Assembly (NCBI GenBank): GCA_963668645.2
Contig: CAXXWC010000003.1
Span: forward strand, 320,001-384,000
Source of the DNA: Desulfobacterales bacterium
Lineage (GTDB): Bacteria > Desulfobacterota > Desulfobacteria > Desulfobacterales > UBA2174
Length of the DNA stretch: 64,000 nucleotides
Direction: 5' to 3'
Shown here: in pieces, positions 61,241-64,000 of the stretch
How the letters are laid out: each line of letters opens with the position of its first letter
Position numbering within the stretch: the first letter of the stretch is position 1
Position numbers and translations under genes: made by a program
Notes under the pieces: model-generated
Told to the model about the DNA's origin: nothing
The model's database searches: none
What the model saw: the letters and a program-made list of their open reading frames with translations, nothing else

Positions 61241-62977
61241 ATGCCGAGATTCAAACCATGGCGCAAGTTCGCCAACTGGAGTTTTTTTCAAAATGACGAC
61301 CGGCTCCTGCTGATCTGCATCGCCTTGATAGTCGGGGTTTGCAGCGGATTGGCCGCCGTGGCCCTCAACCGCTCCCTTTCGGCCATCCTGCACTGGCTTC
61401 ACCCGTACCGCACCCAGGTCTGGGCCTTTGTCCTGCCAGGGGCCGGGGCGGCGCTCTCCTCGATATTTCTCAACAAGATCGTCAACGAAGGGGCCGGGCA
61501 CGGTGTGCCGGAAGTGGTCTATGCCGTATCGCGCTACGGCGGCTTGATGCGCTTTCGCAGCAGCTACTCGCGCCTGATTTCAAGCTTTCTGACCATCGGC
61601 AGCGGCGGCAGCGCCGGTCCCGAGGCCCCGGTGGTCATGAGCGGTGCGGCCATCGGGTCGAACATCGCCAAATTTTTTTCCCTCAACGACCGCCAGCGCA
61701 TCACCCTTGTGGGCTGCGGGGCGGCCGGCGCCATCGCCTCGATCTTCAACGCGCCCATCGCCGGCATGGTCTTTGCCATCGAGGTCATCCTCGGCGAATG
61801 GAGCGCACTGAACATCATCCCCATCGCCATGGCTGCCGTGAGCGGTACCGAGGTCAGCCGCATCCTCCAGGGAAACCAGATCGCCTTCGACCACCGCCTT
61901 TTCGACATTCATCTGATCGACATTGTCGCCTCGGCGGGTTTGGCCATCGCCGCCGCCCTGGTCTCGGTGCTGCTCACCCGTACCTTGCGCGGCACCAGCC
62001 GCCTGGCCGGCCGTCTGCCGGTACCGCAGGCCGTGCGGGCCGCCATCGGCGGCTGCACCGTGGGCCTGATCGGACTCTGGCTGCCCGTTGTGCTCGGCGA
62101 AGGATACCAGCCCATCGACCAGATGATCAGCGGCCACTTCACAACTGGCTTATTGATCGTGGCAGCCGCCTTGCTGGCCAAGATTCTGGCCACGGCCCTG
62201 ACCCTCGGCTCGGGCGGTTCCGGCGGTATTTTCGCGCCCTCGCTGGTCATCGGCAGCATGGTGGGATTGGCATACCACCACTTGCTGGTCTGGGTCTGGC
62301 CGGGTGCCGGCTGGGTCAACGAGGGATGCTTCGCCCTGCTGGGAATGGCCGGACTGATCAGCGGCATGCTCCAGGCCCCCCTGACCGGCATTTTTCTTAT
62401 CGTGGAAATTACCGGCGGCTATGAAACGATCCTGCCGCTGATCATCGTCTCGACCATCGCCACCACGATGAGCCACTATCTCGAACCGGCTTCCTTCTAC
62501 CTGAGGGATCTTGTCGAACGGGGCCAGCTCATGCGTCCCGGTACCGACCGGCGGGTGCTTGCCGACATGCGCGTACGTGAACTGATAGAAACCGACTGCA
62601 TCCCGGTGGCGCCCGAAATGCGGCTGCGCGATTTCATCGAGGTGGTCAAACGGTCGCGACGCAATTATTTCCCGGTCAACGCCCCCCAAACCGGTGCCTT
62701 TCTCGGCATCGTCTATCTGGATGACATCCGGCCCTACCTTTTCGACCCCCTTCTCTACGACGCGGTGGTGGTCGGCCAGATCATGCATAGCGATGTCGCC
62801 GTAGCCGCACCGGACGACGACTTGAGCGATATCCTACGCCGGATGGACGCTGGCCACCTCTTTTCCATGCCGGTGGTTTCCGACGATGTCTTTCTGGGCA
62901 TGGTTTCCAAGGCCACCCTGCTCGATCGCTACCGCCGGGAACTGATGGTACAAACCTATTGGCAGCAAGGAGCCTGA
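61241..62977 (+). CDS. ClC-family anion channel/transporter with two CBS domains
   Basis: GHGVPE, GSAGPEAP, FNAPIAG, GGIFAP, APLT; C-terminal CBS pair. Confidence 0.93.
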   Translation: MPRFKPWRKFANWSFFQNDDRLLLICIALIVGVCSGLAAVALNRSLSAILHWLHPYRTQVWAFVLPGAGAALSSIFLNKIVNEGAGHGVPEVVYAVSRYGGLMRFRSSYSRLISSFLTIGSGGSAGPEAPVVMSGAAIGSNIAKFFSLNDRQRITLVGCGAAGAIASIFNAPIAGMVFAIEVILGEWSALNIIPIAMAAVSGTEVSRILQGNQIAFDHRLFDIHLIDIVASAGLAIAAALVSVLLTRTLRGTSRLAGRLPVPQAVRAAIGGCTVGLIGLWLPVVLGEGYQPIDQMISGHFTTGLLIVAAALLAKILATALTLGSGGSGGIFAPSLVIGSMVGLAYHHLLVWVWPGAGWVNEGCFALLGMAGLISGMLQAPLTGIFLIVEITGGYETILPLIIVSTIATTMSHYLEPASFYLRDLVERGQLMRPGTDRRVLADMRVRELIETDCIPVAPEMRLRDFIEVVKRSRRNYFPVNAPQTGAFLGIVYLDDIRPYLFDPLLYDAVVVGQIMHSDVAVAAPDDDLSDILRRMDAGHLFSMPVVSDDVFLGMVSKATLLDRYRRELMVQTYWQQGA

Positions 62978-62979
62978 CC

Positions 62980-63807
62980 ATGGAAAATCGATTGCTGCAC
63001 ATTTTCCGCAACACCCCCCTAGGCCGTGAAAGTCTTTTGCAGTCCATCTATTTTTGCAGCCGCATCGGCGCCCTGATGACCGTATACATCCCGGTGTCGA
63101 CCAAATTTCTGATGTACTTCGAAAACGATGTGGTGCAGGTCGACCTCGACAGCTCATACCTTACCGATCCCGAGACCGCCGAGGCCCACGCCCGGCAGCT
63201 CATCGAAGAGGCCGGCGTGCACGCCGCCTTCTACGCGCCCAAGTACTTCACGGCCTCGACCCTGCCGGACATTCCCACCGACTTTGATTTCATGTGCTGT
63301 CCGCGGACCATCAGCGACCTGTCGAGCAAGATCGGTCTGGGCTACATCGGCCCCCGCGTGCGCCGCATCGTAGGTGCGGCCCGCTACCCGGTGCTTGTCT
63401 CCAATGCGGCCTACAAACCCTGGCAGAGCGTGATCGTTTTTTTCGGTGGATCGATTAACGCGGTCAAGGCGCTTCGCCTGGGAATGACCATCGCCCGCCA
63501 GAGCGGTTTGCCCCTGGATTTATTCACTCAGGCGGAGGGACGTACGCAAGCCGACTACCGGCAGGGGATAGAGGACGCCGAGCTGGGGCAAGCCTTGGAT
63601 GAGAACGTTCGGCAGTGGCATTTCTTCGAATCGGGACGCATGGAAGAAAACCTCTACAGTGTCCCCCACGACGCCCTGGCCGTAGTGGGAGCCTTCGGCC
63701 ACGGACTGATCCGGGACCTTCTCTTCGGCAGTAAAATGGAAGTGATACAATCGATTCTGCCCAACAACCTGCTCATCGTCGGGCCCAAATACAGCGCCCG
63801 GCTTTAG
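62980..63807 (+). CDS. Universal-stress-protein-like conserved protein
   Basis: 275-aa ORF; VFFGGSINAVKAL, VVGAFGHGLIRDLLFGS resembles the USP C-terminal motif; SD AAGGAG. Confidence 0.7.
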   Translation: MENRLLHIFRNTPLGRESLLQSIYFCSRIGALMTVYIPVSTKFLMYFENDVVQVDLDSSYLTDPETAEAHARQLIEEAGVHAAFYAPKYFTASTLPDIPTDFDFMCCPRTISDLSSKIGLGYIGPRVRRIVGAARYPVLVSNAAYKPWQSVIVFFGGSINAVKALRLGMTIARQSGLPLDLFTQAEGRTQADYRQGIEDAELGQALDENVRQWHFFESGRMEENLYSVPHDALAVVGAFGHGLIRDLLFGSKMEVIQSILPNNLLIVGPKYSARL

Positions 63808-63819
63808 CAGGGGCTGGGT

Positions 63820-63999
63820 CTAGATGCGGATTTGCTCCAGTACCGGGCGGCGCTTGAGCAGGGTCCGTGCGCAATGCAGAACAGCTGGGGTCAAATCGGT
63901 CACCTCGATCCGGCAGCGGTCCTCACAGACCGGCTGGTCCGGCATGGGCGCCAAATGCTGATCCAGAATCGCCGCGGCGCAGCTTATGGGGTCGACGAG
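63820..63999 (-). CDS. C-terminal fragment of a gene running off the window, possibly glutamate racemase
   Basis: Open frame LVDPISCAAAILDQHL...IEVTDLTP...LEQIRI*; LVD and VTD spacing resembles a MurI C-terminus (weak). Confidence 0.35.
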   Translation of the reverse strand, partial: LVDPISCAAAILDQHLAPMPDQPVCEDRCRIEVTDLTPAVLHCARTLLKRRPVLEQIRI

Positions 64000-64000
64000 C

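Overview
A high-GC bacterial window whose gene content (Hdr/Mvh, RACo, many sigma-54 activators) points to an anaerobic Desulfobacterota, Desulfobacterales-like organism (inference). No rRNA, tRNA, CRISPR array or mobile element was seen. (1) 0.4-19.6 kb is a sigma-54-driven heterodisulfide-reductase-like locus: pseudo-receiver, HdrA with a GltD-like insert (HdrL), MvhD, FdhB-like subunit, a second tandem HdrA carrying an intact response-regulator receiver domain, HdrC and HdrB. It continues into a Rossmann-PAS histidine kinase, an NtrC-type activator, an archaemetzincin, a Cys-rich GcvH-like protein, a heme-c sensor kinase and a hybrid kinase. This is the best candidate for an undescribed system: a phosphorylation-controlled electron-bifurcating complex. 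(2) 19.6-25.7 kb holds a DHH phosphoesterase, pepA, a YhhN protein, a 166-aa protein that aligns by eye over its full length with plant Whirly ssDNA-binding proteins, and an orphan SfrB-like oxidoreductase. (3) 25.8-36 kb holds a Cys-PAS sigma-54 activator, two thioredoxins, RACo, an ACR3/BASS-USP fusion, Mrp/NBP35, DUF134, PilZ and LarE. (4) 36-57 kb is mostly housekeeping: glpK, a Yej-like ABC transporter, an M24 peptidase, rplM-rpsI, CYTH/EEP and tol-pal-ruvCAB. (5) 57-64 kb holds sdhCAB followed by HTH-EIIA, ClC-CBS and USP-like genes. Single-base frameshifts in rplM and one ABC permease look like assembly errors. All homology calls come from motif recognition and recalled sequences; no searches were run.
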